Assembly: GCA_963805085.1 (NCBI GenBank)
Contig: CAWDTA010000002.1
Span: forward strand, 1,504,001 to 1,568,000
From: an uncultured Veillonellaceae bacterium
Lineage (GTDB): Bacteria; Bacillota; Negativicutes; JARBTT01
Length of the DNA: 64,000 nucleotides
Reading direction: 5' to 3'
Numbering within the stretch: the first letter of the stretch is position 1; each line of letters opens with the position of its first letter. The notes beneath the pieces were generated by a model, which was given only the letters and a program-made list of their open reading frames with translations, was not told the DNA's origin and did not search any database. Shown here piece after piece: positions 30,202 to 40,767 of the stretch. The position numbers and the translations under genes are program-made.

Positions 30202-30322
30202 TGTGTGCTTGATTTTGGATATAGTTTATCGGTATTATTAACATAAAAAAACTTTCTTTTAGGTTTGAATTGCTTAGCAGCGGATTCATATCTGTTAGGA
30301 AGTTTTTCATTCTTTTTCATAG

Positions 30323-30383
30323 TTGCAAAATAGCTTACATTTTGTTACAATGAATTCATCTAATAAGAGATAATCATTATCTC
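30323..30383 (+). promoter_or_regulatory. sigmaA promoter and Fur-box-like palindrome
   Basis: TTGCAA-17-TACAAT with extended TG; GAGATAATCATTATCTC at 30367-30383. Confidence 0.6.
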
Positions 30384-30409
30384 TGCATTTAAAACTAAAT
30401 ATATTGAAA

Positions 30410-30530
30410 TATCTTCAGGGCAGGGTTAAATTCCCGACCGGTGGTAAGCAGATTTGCTGCAAGCCCACGAGCCGCAAGGCAGATTTGGTGTGATTCCAAA
30501 GCCGACAGTATAGTCTGGATGTAAGAAGAG
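30410..30530 (+). ncRNA. FMN riboswitch (RFN element)
   Basis: CTTCAGGGCAGGGTTAAATTCCCGACCGGTGGT...AGCCCACGAGC...GATTTGGTG.GATTCCAAAGCCGACAGTATAGTCTGGATG.AAGAAG; terminator about 30592-30619. Confidence 0.96.
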
Positions 30531-30657
30531 AAGTAAGTAGATGCAATAGGGCTTAGTAAGCTCGCATATGCATGCGTTTACAAATCATTAGATTCCCGAA
30601 GAGATTTCGGGGATTTTTTAGTTTTAAGGTGTGATGATATTTTTAGGGGGAATAGAC

Positions 30658-31245
30658 ATGGTTTCTACCAATACACGATATATTACTAAAATCGGAATGT
30701 TATCAGCAATTGCTGTGATCTTAATGTTTTTTGAAGTACCTTTACCAATGATGCCTATTTTTTTGAAATTGGATGTCAGCGAATTGCCTGCGATTATTGG
30801 AGCCTTTGTGTTCGGCCCTATGGCAGGTGTGGCGATTGAATTTATTAAAAATCTGCTACATGCTGCAAATACGCAAACAATGGGAATTGGGGAAGTTGCT
30901 AATTTTCTAGTGGGCGTGGCATTTGTTCTGCCAGCAGGCTATTTGTATCAACGCTATCATAGTCACAAGGGAGCTGTCATCGCTCTCGTTGTTGGAACCT
31001 TTTCTATGATGTTTCTGGCGTCATTGCTGAATTATTTTATATTGCTGCCCATATATCAGGCGGTACTGCATTTTCCACTAGAGCAAGTCGTTCATATGGG
31101 TACAATCGCAAATCCTCAGATTATTGATTTAAAATCTTTTATTGCCTTAGCAATTGCACCTTTTAATATGATAAAAGGAATTGTCATGTCTCTGCTGACT
31201 TTGGTGATTTATAGAAAACTATGCAATGTATTATGCGAAAGATAA
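30658..31245 (+). CDS. ribU: ECF S-component, riboflavin transporter
   Basis: FLKLDVSELP, KNLLH, IGEVANF, PFN..KG; downstream of FMN riboswitch. Confidence 0.92.
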   Translation: MVSTNTRYITKIGMLSAIAVILMFFEVPLPMMPIFLKLDVSELPAIIGAFVFGPMAGVAIEFIKNLLHAANTQTMGIGEVANFLVGVAFVLPAGYLYQRYHSHKGAVIALVVGTFSMMFLASLLNYFILLPIYQAVLHFPLEQVVHMGTIANPQIIDLKSFIALAIAPFNMIKGIVMSLLTLVIYRKLCNVLCER

Positions 31246-31266
31246 GCTGAAATTTAGTCCTTAGGT

Positions 31267-31320
31267 AAAAGCATTAAAAGACCACTCTTTTTAAGGAGTA
31301 GTCTTTTAATGCTTTTTTTT
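31267..31320. terminator. Bidirectional terminator
   Basis: AAAAGCATTAAAAGAC...GTCTTTTAATGCTTTT between convergent genes. Confidence 0.8.
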
Positions 31321-31337
31321 ATTTTGATGATTGATTT

Positions 31338-32189
31338 TTATAGTTGTTTGGGGCCGGGGAGTGTGAAGCCTCTGCCTAAAACTTCCACGGCATCTTGAAC
31401 GATCATAAAAGCATTAGGGTCTACAGCTTGGATGAGAAGCTTGATCTGACCAATTTGAGTTAGACTCACAACGACAAAGATCACTTGTTTTTCTTGGCGG
31501 GTAAAGGCGCCTGTTCCATTGAGAATCGTAGCACCTCTGCCTACTTCTTTTAAGATGGCTTCAATGATTTCATCGGTTTTATAAGAAACAATATGCAAGG
31601 TTTTCTTACGATTAAATCCTTCCACGACATTGTCCGTAATATTTGCGCCAATAAACATGGAGATAAGGGTGAGAATGGCTAGTTTAATGCCAAAGAGAAT
31701 AGCAGCGACCAGCATAATCAGGCAATTAATCGAAAAGGAAGTAATACCTACATTGAGAGAGTAGTATTTTTTTAGGATGCTGGAAATGACATCAAGTCCG
31801 CCGCCGCTGCCATTGGCTCTAAATATAAGGCCGGAGCCAATGCCTGTCACAATACCACCCGTGATCGCAGAGAGAATTGGATCATCGACGATCATAAAAT
31901 TCGCTAAATAGTCTGTTGCATCTACGAATACGGAAAAGAGCACTGCCCCATAGACGGTTTTAAAAAAATATTCTCTGCCAATGAGCCGATAAGCAGCATA
32001 GAAGAGGGGGAGGTTCATTACTAGCATTTGTAAACCAATAGGCCAGCTGACTAGATAATAAATGATAATCGCTATCCCGCTCACCCCGCCGCTTAGCAGG
32101 TGGTGAGGGACGAGAAAACTATTGATTGCAACCGCGCTTATCAAACAGCCAATCCCAACGGAAAGATACTGATAAATTTTATAACGCAT
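31338..32189 (-). CDS. YitT-family membrane protein (DUF161/DUF2179)
   Basis: GGVSGIA, GSGGGLD, RGAT, DPNAF...EVLGRGF. Confidence 0.9.
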   Translation of the reverse strand: MRYKIYQYLSVGIGCLISAVAINSFLVPHHLLSGGVSGIAIIIYYLVSWPIGLQMLVMNLPLFYAAYRLIGREYFFKTVYGAVLFSVFVDATDYLANFMIVDDPILSAITGGIVTGIGSGLIFRANGSGGGLDVISSILKKYYSLNVGITSFSINCLIMLVAAILFGIKLAILTLISMFIGANITDNVVEGFNRKKTLHIVSYKTDEIIEAILKEVGRGATILNGTGAFTRQEKQVIFVVVSLTQIGQIKLLIQAVDPNAFMIVQDAVEVLGRGFTLPGPKQL

Positions 32190-32231
32190 ATAGTTCCTCC
32201 TTGTATGAAATGAAAGATATAAGATTTAGCT

Positions 32232-32582
32232 TTAAAGTTTGTCGACAAGTTTTTGGATAAAAGGATATTGATAGGATTCTCCCTGCAAAGCCTTGCTTGC
32301 TGCAATAATAGAAGTTACTAGCAGAATGAGCCAGACAATCGCTACGACAGGCAGCAGGAAGACACCAATGACTAACATACACAAGAAACCAGCAAAGAAG
32401 GATGCAGCCAATATAGCTAAATGAGCAACAAGAGCCTGTTTAGAATGTTCATAGACAAAATCATCATCCTTTTTTAATAGAAAAATGATCAATGGAGCAA
32501 TAATAAAGCCTAATCCACCTAAAAAATAAGATATATGAGCTAAAATGGCTAAGAGTTTTTGTTCTCCGGTTATTCCGTTCAT
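32232..32582 (-). CDS. DUF4870 / Tic20-like small membrane protein
   Basis: LAILAH...FVYEHSKQAL...GESYQYPF. Confidence 0.85.
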   Translation of the reverse strand: MNGITGEQKLLAILAHISYFLGGLGFIIAPLIIFLLKKDDDFVYEHSKQALVAHLAILAASFFAGFLCMLVIGVFLLPVVAIVWLILLVTSIIAASKALQGESYQYPFIQKLVDKL

Positions 32583-32771
32583 AAAAACACCTCCTGAGTA
32601 TATTTTATAGTAGGTTTGATTGTTTGTATATTTTATTCCAAATTTTTTATTTGGGGTTAGTTAGTTATACTCGTGAATGAGGCATACTTATATAAGATAA
32701 ATCGGATGAAATCTGTTATTTTAGCTTTTGTACTTTTATTATGCTTTGTGTTATGATCAAGATAATTGAGA

Positions 32772-32906
32772 TTGTTTAGACCTTTAGATGGTATCTGTAA
32801 TGAACCATACTGTAAAAAAGGAACTTGCCACTATAGTATGCCACAACTATATATTAAATTATATCCGCTTAGATTTTTTTATGGACTGAGACAGAAGGAT
32901 GCAGGG
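32772..32906 (+). ncRNA. Probable pan RNA motif (tandem hairpins), terminator at 32917-32947
   Basis: TTAGACCTTTAGATGGT...ACCATACTG and GCTTAGA...ACTGAGAC...GGATGC upstream of a panG-like gene; recalled consensus. Confidence 0.55.
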
Positions 32907-32971
32907 AAAAAAGTATGCCTTTCGGATAAATTCCGGAAGGCTTTTATATTTTATAGGCAGGTGGGAAAGAC

Positions 32972-33862
32972 ATGAACATGCAAAAGACAAAAATAGGTAT
33001 TGTGGGAGCTGGGAAAGTAGGGAGCGTGTTGGCGCGAGGTTTAGTTGCTAAAGGATACCAATTAACCGGAATTGCTAGTCATACTTTGGAATCGGCAAAT
33101 CAGCTGGCGAAAGAATTTGGCGTAAATAGGGCAATAAGAACCACAGATTTTATGGGGGAGACAGATATATTATTTATTACAACACCTGATCGCTGCATTG
33201 GGGAAGTGGTAGCAGAAATCGCGAAAGACAATGGTTTTAAATCAGGACAAATGGTATTTCATACTTCAGGCTGTTTACCAGTAGAAATATTAGAGCCAGC
33301 CCAAAAACAAGGTGCATGGATTGGTTGTATGCATCCATTACAATCTTTTTCCAATAAAGAATATACTAGTGAAAGGCTATCAGGCATATATTATGCTTTA
33401 ACTGGACAAACGAAGGTCATACAGGCAGCCGAAAAGATTGTGAAGGATTTGGGAGGAATCAGCTTTCAGATTTTAGATGCAGATAAACCTCTTTATCATG
33501 GGGCTGCTTGCATTGTATCCAATTATACAGTTTCCTTGATGCATTGGGCGAGTCAACTGTATGGCAGATTTGGTTTATCTTCTGAGGAAGCTTTAGCCGC
33601 GTTATTACCATTGCTGGAGGGAACTGTGCAGAACATAAAAGAAATGGGAGCTGTTCAAGGGCTGACTGGCCCGATTAGCCGTGGAGATGGTATTACGGTA
33701 AAGGCGCATATAGAGGCTTTTGAAACTGAAGTAGATAAAAATTTATACAGGATGCTGGGACTATATACTTTAGGGATTGCCTTGGAAAAAGGTACGGTTG
33801 ACGAAAAACAAGCTGCGGAGGTAGAGCAAATATTAAGAAATTCCAAAATCCAAAGCGTGTGA
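32972..33862 (+). CDS. Rossmann-like plus DUF2520 protein (PanG-type ketopantoate reductase)
   Basis: GAGKVG, HTSG, MHPLQSF, YHGAA...SNY, LTGPISRGD. Confidence 0.88.
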   Translation: MNMQKTKIGIVGAGKVGSVLARGLVAKGYQLTGIASHTLESANQLAKEFGVNRAIRTTDFMGETDILFITTPDRCIGEVVAEIAKDNGFKSGQMVFHTSGCLPVEILEPAQKQGAWIGCMHPLQSFSNKEYTSERLSGIYYALTGQTKVIQAAEKIVKDLGGISFQILDADKPLYHGAACIVSNYTVSLMHWASQLYGRFGLSSEEALAALLPLLEGTVQNIKEMGAVQGLTGPISRGDGITVKAHIEAFETEVDKNLYRMLGLYTLGIALEKGTVDEKQAAEVEQILRNSKIQSV

Positions 33863-33942
33863 GTAGACCGCGAGTAGAAAGCGAGATATTAAAACAGGCA
33901 GATTTAGTTTTCGGGTAAATGAATCAATTATAATGTATACAC

Positions 33943-33974
33943 AATAAAACTGTAGCGAAGGCTACAGTTTTATT
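33943..33974. terminator. Terminator hairpin
   Basis: AATAAAACTGTAGC-gaag-GCTACAGTTTTATT. Confidence 0.75.
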
Positions 33975-34055
33975 ATTTATATATAAAGTATAATTTAGGA
34001 AAGTTACATCCTAATCTGTTATAATATAGTTAAATTTACAATTATTACCTAGGAT

Positions 34056-34748
34056 GTGAATATAATGTATCAAAATTTATTTATTGAAGAGCAGCAAGCT
34101 TTGATGCGAGATTATTTTTTAAATAATTTATCGAAATATGGTGTAGTAAAGAAATACAATAGAAAGCAGTTTATTGCTGCCGATTTTTATGATTTATCAA
34201 TTGGTATTGTTGTCGAAGGACAAGTTATAGTAAGTGTTGTTAGTTCAAAAGGACAAGAAAAAATATTATACACGCTTCTGCCTGGTGAATGTTTTGGGGA
34301 AATGAATTTGTTTTCTAATAGTTTTTTTAACTATGTAATTAGAGTAAAAAAAGATGCGACAATTTCCTTTATTGGTAAGGACGCTTTTTCTGATTTCGCG
34401 CAAAGAGATCCTAAAGTATATCAATATTTTATGAATGTAATGATCATAAAATTTAGAATCGTGCTACTCCAAATGGTCAGTAATGTGTTTAATAATTCTA
34501 CGGGCAAAGTAGCGGATATGTTAATTAGGCTTATTTCAACATCCAATTCCCTACAAACAGAAAAAACAAACAATATGGTTGTGGTTCCTTTTACCCAAGG
34601 TGAATTGGCTAATATTGTTGGTTGTTCTAGAATTACGGTTACTCGAATATTAAATCAGTTTATAGACCAAGATTTGATTAGTATGAGTAACAAAAGAATT
34701 GTGATAAAAAATTTTGATGGGCTGCTGGAGCAAGTTATCCATGTGTAA
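34056..34748 (+). CDS. Crp/Fnr-family regulator
   Basis: cNMP domain (PGECFGE) and HTH TQGELANIVGCSRITVTR. Confidence 0.92.
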   Translation: MNIMYQNLFIEEQQALMRDYFLNNLSKYGVVKKYNRKQFIAADFYDLSIGIVVEGQVIVSVVSSKGQEKILYTLLPGECFGEMNLFSNSFFNYVIRVKKDATISFIGKDAFSDFAQRDPKVYQYFMNVMIIKFRIVLLQMVSNVFNNSTGKVADMLIRLISTSNSLQTEKTNNMVVVPFTQGELANIVGCSRITVTRILNQFIDQDLISMSNKRIVIKNFDGLLEQVIHV

Positions 34749-34898
34749 TAGTTTATAACGAACATTCATGTGATTAGCTTAACGCGTCGTTAAGTGGTCA
34801 TATTTCAATAATGGAATATGACCATTTTATGTTTTTTGGGAAACGTTTGATCAGAAGAAGTTAAAAATAAATCTCGTTTTCAGCGAACGATAGGAGGA

Positions 34899-36017
34899 TT
34901 GGTTATGGACGAAAGAGTTCTTAAATTAGCTAAAAACCTAATTGGATATTCTGTTAAATTACAACCAGAAGAAAAAATTCTAATTGAAGTATTTGATGAT
35001 GGCTTGCCATTGGCAAAAGCACTAGTGAAGGAAACTTACCGAGTTGGCGCAATTCCTTTTGTTACAATCAAAAATAATAAGATCTTTCGTGAGTTGTTAA
35101 GACAGGCAACGATTGGTCAACTGGAACTGATTGCTCATTGGGAAGCTATGCGCATGGAAAATATGGATGCTTATATTGCTATACGCGCTGCTGAAAATAG
35201 TAGTGAATTAGCTGATGTTTCTTCAGAGCAAATGGGATTGTACCAGCAATACTGGAATAAGCCAGTTCATATGGAAATTCGCATTCCTAAAAAGAAGTGG
35301 TGTGTGCTGCGTTATCCCAATAATTCTATGGCGCAATTGGCCAATACGAGCACTGAAGCTTTTGAGGACTTTTATTACAATGTATGTAATTTAAACTATG
35401 ACAAAATGAATCAAGCGATGGAACCGCTCATTAATTTAATGAAAGAAACAGATAAAGTTCACATTGTGGGACCAGGTACAGACTTGCATTTTTCGATAAA
35501 AGCCATTCCGCCTGTTAAATGTGCGGGCAGTATGAATATTCCCGATGGAGAAGTATACACTGCACCAGTAAAAGATTCCGTCAATGGGCATCTTACTTAT
35601 AATACACCTTCAATTCATAGTGGCATTACTTATGAAAATATTCAATTTGAGTTTGTTAATGGAAAAATTGTCAAGGCGACTGCTAATTATAACGACAAAA
35701 TAAATAAAGTACTAGATACGGATGAAGGTGCCCGTTATATTGGTGAATTTGCTTTGGGGGTCAATCCCTATATCACAACTCCCATGAAGGATACGCTATT
35801 TGATGAAAAGATTAATGGTAGTTTCCATTTTACACCAGGAAATTCATATCATGATGCCTTTAATGGTAACAGTTCTGCCATACACTGGGACTTGGTATGT
35901 ATCCAAACACCTGAGTATGGCGGTGGAGAAATATGGTTTGATGATCGCTTGATCCGTAAAGACGGACGCTTTGTTATTCCTGGACTTTATGCTTTAAATT
36001 CGGAGAATTTGTTGTAA
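34899..36017 (+). CDS. Aminopeptidase, M29 family
   Basis: NIPDGEVYTAP, IGEFALG, LFDEKI, SAIHWD. Confidence 0.92.
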   Translation: MVMDERVLKLAKNLIGYSVKLQPEEKILIEVFDDGLPLAKALVKETYRVGAIPFVTIKNNKIFRELLRQATIGQLELIAHWEAMRMENMDAYIAIRAAENSSELADVSSEQMGLYQQYWNKPVHMEIRIPKKKWCVLRYPNNSMAQLANTSTEAFEDFYYNVCNLNYDKMNQAMEPLINLMKETDKVHIVGPGTDLHFSIKAIPPVKCAGSMNIPDGEVYTAPVKDSVNGHLTYNTPSIHSGITYENIQFEFVNGKIVKATANYNDKINKVLDTDEGARYIGEFALGVNPYITTPMKDTLFDEKINGSFHFTPGNSYHDAFNGNSSAIHWDLVCIQTPEYGGGEIWFDDRLIRKDGRFVIPGLYALNSENLL

Positions 36018-36217
36018 TATTTGAATTGTTTACTGATGTTTTACAATATTACTGATATTGACTTGATCAGAATACTGAAGGGTCAAAGGCGACCTGCGTA
36101 TATCGCAGTACCTTTGACTCTTTTTGCTTATAAAGAAAGGAGGGGGTAGCTAGCCCAACATAGGTTAAAGAAAACCGCTTAATGCAAAAAAACTTATTAT
36201 TTTAGGAGGTCAGTGAT

Positions 36218-37825
36218 GTGTTACTAAAAAAAATTTGTTCACTATTGTTAGCAATCACTATGCTGAGTACGTTTGTAATCGGCTGTAGCAGCACGGCAAG
36301 TAAGGTCGGCGTCGATAAACCACTTCGTTTTGGTCAATTATCTGAACCGGAATCGCTGGATCCGCGCCTGGCAACCGGGCAGCCGGAGATGCAATTCCTT
36401 CTGCAAATGTATGAAGGCTTAACAACGTATGACGCTAATAATAATGCCGTTCCGGCGGTTGCAGAAAAATGGGATGTTTCTCCAGATGGGCTGACCTATA
36501 CGTTCCATATTAGAAAAGAAGCAAAATGGTCGAATGGTGATCCGGTAACCGCTCAGGACTTTGAATATGCATGGAGAACATTACTTAGCCCGGAACTTGG
36601 CAGCCGTTATGCGGAAATGCTGTTCTATGTTAAGAATGGCGAAGCTTATAACTCTGGCAAAGCCAAAGCAGAAGATGTCGGGGTCAAAGCCATTGACGAT
36701 ACTACGCTTGAAGTTACCTTGCAGGAACCAACTCCGTATTTTCCCCAGTTGACTGCCTGCTACTCTTACTTCCCTGTTCATAAAAAAACAGTAGAAGCTG
36801 ATCCAAACTGGGCGTCAGACGCCAAAACCATGGTTACCAACGGGCCATTCACCCTTAGCAATTGGGTGCATAACGAAAAAGCCGAATTTGTAAAAAACGA
36901 AAACTACTGGGATGCCAGTAAAGTAAAATCAAAAAAATTGGAATTTGCCATTGTGGAAAACAATACCACCCGTGTATCCTTGTTCGAAAATGATCAAATT
37001 GATATAACCTTAGATCCACCGCCTTCCGAAATTGAACGTCTGTTAAGTGAGAAAAAAGCTGTTATTGAACCGCAATTAGCTATTTATTATTATGACTTTA
37101 ATGTCAACAAAGCGCCTTTTGACAATCCAATGGTACGCAAAGCCTTTACGCTGGCGATCGATCGTGATGCAATTGTTTCGAAAGTTACTAGAGGAAGTCA
37201 AAAACCGGCCGCAGCCTTTGTTCCATTCGGTCTGCCCGATAGTGAAAAAGGCTCTGATTTCCGCAAAGCTGGCGGCGATTTCTATAAAGACAATGATGTT
37301 GAAACTGCCAAAAAACTTTTAGCCGAAGCAGGTTATCCAGACGGTAAAGGGTTACCGCCAATTACTCTGACCTACAATACCAATGAAGGGCATAAGGCCA
37401 TTGCCGAAGCCATTCAGGAAATGTGGAAGAAAAATCTTGGCGTACAAGTAGATCTTGAAAATCAGGAATGGAAAGTATTCCTCAAAACACGTGCTGCTGG
37501 CGACTACCAAGTGGCACGCGATGGCTGGACTGGCGATTTCCCTGATCCATTGACCTTTTTAAGTCTATTGACTTCAAACAATGGCAATAATAATTCCCAT
37601 TGGAAAAATTCGCAATTTGACCAATTGATTAAACAAGCAAAATCTACCTCCGATCCGGTTGCTCGTATAAAAATCATGCATGATGCCGAAAAATTGTTGA
37701 TGGATGAAATGCCTGTTATGCCAATTTACCACTATACGGTGGCGTATATGATTAAACCGAACGTAAAAGGTTTGGTGCGTACAGTAACCGATTATATTTA
37801 CTTTAAAGAAGCTTATGTAGAATAA
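36218..37825 (+). CDS. oppA: Oligopeptide ABC substrate-binding lipoprotein
   Basis: Lipobox IGC; EGL, WSNGDPVTAQDF, NGPF. Confidence 0.93.
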   Translation: MLLKKICSLLLAITMLSTFVIGCSSTASKVGVDKPLRFGQLSEPESLDPRLATGQPEMQFLLQMYEGLTTYDANNNAVPAVAEKWDVSPDGLTYTFHIRKEAKWSNGDPVTAQDFEYAWRTLLSPELGSRYAEMLFYVKNGEAYNSGKAKAEDVGVKAIDDTTLEVTLQEPTPYFPQLTACYSYFPVHKKTVEADPNWASDAKTMVTNGPFTLSNWVHNEKAEFVKNENYWDASKVKSKKLEFAIVENNTTRVSLFENDQIDITLDPPPSEIERLLSEKKAVIEPQLAIYYYDFNVNKAPFDNPMVRKAFTLAIDRDAIVSKVTRGSQKPAAAFVPFGLPDSEKGSDFRKAGGDFYKDNDVETAKKLLAEAGYPDGKGLPPITLTYNTNEGHKAIAEAIQEMWKKNLGVQVDLENQEWKVFLKTRAAGDYQVARDGWTGDFPDPLTFLSLLTSNNGNNNSHWKNSQFDQLIKQAKSTSDPVARIKIMHDAEKLLMDEMPVMPIYHYTVAYMIKPNVKGLVRTVTDYIYFKEAYVE

Positions 37826-37887
37826 TAAAGGTACAGCTGCAGGGGACTCCCTGTAGCTGCTTTACCTTACTTAATCAATATGGAGGG

Positions 37888-38829
37888 ATGATTACTTTGC
37901 TGCAATATGTATCAAAACGCGCATTATCTATGGTATTAGTGCTCTACATCGTTATCACTGCAACTTTCTTGCTGATGCACTCCATTCCCGGCGGGCCATT
38001 CACAACCGAAAAAAATTTAACTCCCGAAGTGTTAAGAAATATCAATGCCCGCTATCACCTTGATGACCCCTTATGGAAACAATATATAGATTATATGGGT
38101 AATATTTTAAAATTTGATTTAGGTCCTTCTTTTAAATATCAGGATCGAACTGTCAATAACATTATAGCAGACGGTTTTCCTGTATCAATTCAACTTGGAA
38201 CATTCGCGGTACTGCTTGCCGTACCTGTTGGAATCTCAGCAGGTATTTTGGCATCACTGAGGCACAACCGTCCCCTTGATTATATTATAATGTCGTCGTC
38301 TACTTTGGGAATTTCTATTCCCAGCTTTATTCTGGCTTCTTTTCTAATCTATTTCTTCGCCTTTAAAATTAAATTATTTCCTGCCGCCATGTGGAATGGC
38401 TTTTCCTATATGATTCTTCCTGGAATCTCGCTCGCTGCTTTGCCCATGGCTGTGGTTGCCCGCCTGACTCGTTCGGGTATGCTAGAAGTATTGTCACAGG
38501 ATTTTATTCGTACCGCCAGAGCCAAAGGAGTCGGCAAAGGGTTAATCATCTATCGGCATGCTTTAAAAAATTCTTTAATCCCGGTAGTAACCTATGTCGG
38601 ACCAATGACTGCTGGTATCTTGACCGGGAGCTTTGTTGTCGAAAGCATTTTCAATATTCCTGGCCTCGGACGTTATTTTGTCACCAGTATTTACAACCGT
38701 GATTATACAGTTATTCTGGGTATCACCATTTTCTATAGTGCGCTCATCGTCATTTTTAACTTTTTGGTAGATATCGCTTATGTGTTTTTAGACCCTAGAA
38801 TTTCGCTGGATAAAAAAGGAGACAACTGA
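37888..38829 (+). CDS. oppB: Oligopeptide ABC permease
   Basis: PGGPF, DLGPS, TARAKG EAA loop. Confidence 0.93.
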   Translation: MITLLQYVSKRALSMVLVLYIVITATFLLMHSIPGGPFTTEKNLTPEVLRNINARYHLDDPLWKQYIDYMGNILKFDLGPSFKYQDRTVNNIIADGFPVSIQLGTFAVLLAVPVGISAGILASLRHNRPLDYIIMSSSTLGISIPSFILASFLIYFFAFKIKLFPAAMWNGFSYMILPGISLAALPMAVVARLTRSGMLEVLSQDFIRTARAKGVGKGLIIYRHALKNSLIPVVTYVGPMTAGILTGSFVVESIFNIPGLGRYFVTSIYNRDYTVILGITIFYSALIVIFNFLVDIAYVFLDPRISLDKKGDN

Positions 38830-38830
38830 C

Positions 38831-39739
38831 GTGAACACTGAATTATTTAAAAGAGTAGACTTTCAGCTTGATGCGAGCTATGATATCGGCCGCCCAAGAA
38901 CAACCTACTGGCAGGATGTATGGCGCCGACTCAATAAAAATAAACTATCCATCCTAGGATTTATTATAATTTCTTTTGTGGCCATAGCAGCGATTGTCGG
39001 TCCTTTTTTCACGGCCTATTCGTATTCCGATCAAAACTTGCAAATTGCCAATCAGCCACCTTCTGCGGTGCATTGGTTTGGTACCGATAATCTGGGGCGT
39101 GACCTATTGACTAGGGTATTATATGGTGCTCGTATATCTCTATCCATCGGCGTTGTTGCCAGTCTGAGCACTATGATAATCGGAGTATTGTATGGCGGTA
39201 TCGCTGGATTATCCGGCGGCCGGGTAGATACTATCATGATGCGGATCATTGATATTGTCTGGAGTATTCCGTTTTTGCTCTATGTCATTTTATTAATGGT
39301 CGTTCTGCAGCCAGGATTAATGAATATCTTTATTGCCTTGACATTAGTCTATTGGATGCCCATGGCGCGGCTCGTACGTGGACAAATCTTGTCCTTACGT
39401 GAACTCGAGTATGTTTTGGCCGCTAAGCTGGTGGGGGCCAGCTCCTGGCGCATCATTATCAAGCATCTGATTCCCAATAGTCTCGGGCCTATTTTAATTA
39501 CTGCAACCCTCACTATTCCGGAAGCCATCTTCAGCGAAGCTTTTTTGAGCTACATTGGGCTGGGTGTATCAGCCCCCATGGCTAGCTGGGGGGTACTTGC
39601 TTCGGAAGGAGCTACAAGCCTTCGTTCCTATCCGTATCAATTGTTCTTCCCCGCTGCTGCCATATGTATCACCATGTTGTCGTTTAATTTTATAGGTGAC
39701 GGTTTACGCGATGCACTTGATCCGCGTATGCGTAAATAA
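38831..39739 (+). CDS. oppC: Oligopeptide ABC permease
   Basis: HWFGTDNLGRD, GDGLRDALDP. Confidence 0.93.
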   Translation: MNTELFKRVDFQLDASYDIGRPRTTYWQDVWRRLNKNKLSILGFIIISFVAIAAIVGPFFTAYSYSDQNLQIANQPPSAVHWFGTDNLGRDLLTRVLYGARISLSIGVVASLSTMIIGVLYGGIAGLSGGRVDTIMMRIIDIVWSIPFLLYVILLMVVLQPGLMNIFIALTLVYWMPMARLVRGQILSLRELEYVLAAKLVGASSWRIIIKHLIPNSLGPILITATLTIPEAIFSEAFLSYIGLGVSAPMASWGVLASEGATSLRSYPYQLFFPAAAICITMLSFNFIGDGLRDALDPRMRK

Positions 39740-39753
39740 GGGAGGGATAGTTA

Positions 39754-40767
39754 ATGCAGCCAATATTATCTGTAGAAAATTTGAAAGTAGTTTTTAATAC
39801 TTATGCCGGTACAGTCCAGGCGGTTGATGACGTAAGCTTCACATTGCACGAGGGAGAAACCATCGGCATTGTTGGCGAGTCCGGCTGTGGTAAAAGTGTG
39901 ACTTCCAGTGCTATCATGGGACTCATTCCTTCGCCTCCAGGTCGAATCGCCAGCGGACGTATTCTCTTTGAAGGCCGAGACTTGGTAACAATAGATGAAA
40001 AATCCTTGCAAAAAATTCGCGGAAACCAAATTAGTATGATTTTTCAAGATCCGATGACATCGCTCAATCCGGTTTTAACGGTAGGTCTGCAGCTAGCCGA
40101 AAGTTTTATGTTGCATCAAAAACTACCCAAAAAGAAAGCAATGGAAAAAGCGGTGGAAATGCTAAAGCTTGTAGGTATTCCGGCACCGGAAACCCGGATT
40201 CGCCAATATCCGCATCAAATGAGCGGCGGTATGCGCCAAAGAGTGATGATCGCCATGGCACTGGCGTGCAATCCGCAGATCCTGATTGCGGATGAACCAA
40301 CGACCGCGCTGGATGTTACCGTGCAGGCTCAGATCATGGAACTGATTAAAAAATTAAATACCGAACTTTCCACAGCTGTTATTCTAATTACCCATGATTT
40401 AGGTGTCGTAGCTGGTATGTGCAGCAGGGTGCTGGTCATGTATGCTGGACGGGTAGTGGAGTCTGCTCCGGTGAATGAGTTCTACGCCAATCCGCAACAT
40501 CCCTATAGCTGGGGGCTTTTAAAATCACTACCCCGTCCGGATATGAAAAGCGGGACGTTGGAATCAATCGCCGGACAACCGCCCGATCTGTTGGCACCGC
40601 CGCTAGGTTGTGCCTTTATGCCACGCTGCCGTTTTGCAATGGAAGTTTGCAAACAGCCGCCCGCGCCAATAAAAGTAACCGAAGACCATATGTGCCGCTG
40701 CTGGCTGCTTGACAAAGCTTCACCCCATACTCCGGGCACCTTATTTAAGGAGTGTGAAACAGCATGA
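39754..40767 (+). CDS. oppD: Oligopeptide ABC ATPase
   Basis: [25 protein letters not shown]. Confidence 0.93.
   Translation: MQPILSVENLKVVFNTYAGTVQAVDDVSFTLHEGETIGIVGESGCGKSVTSSAIMGLIPSPPGRIASGRILFEGRDLVTIDEKSLQKIRGNQISMIFQDPMTSLNPVLTVGLQLAESFMLHQKLPKKKAMEKAVEMLKLVGIPAPETRIRQYPHQMSGGMRQRVMIAMALACNPQILIADEPTTALDVTVQAQIMELIKKLNTELSTAVILITHDLGVVAGMCSRVLVMYAGRVVESAPVNEFYANPQHPYSWGLLKSLPRPDMKSGTLESIAGQPPDLLAPPLGCAFMPRCRFAMEVCKQPPAPIKVTEDHMCRCWLLDKASPHTPGTLFKECETA

Noticed and set aside
30197-30207. GT dinucleotide tract as a phase-variation site
   Set aside because: Short, and lies at the decayed end of the isomerase remnant rather than in a gene or promoter
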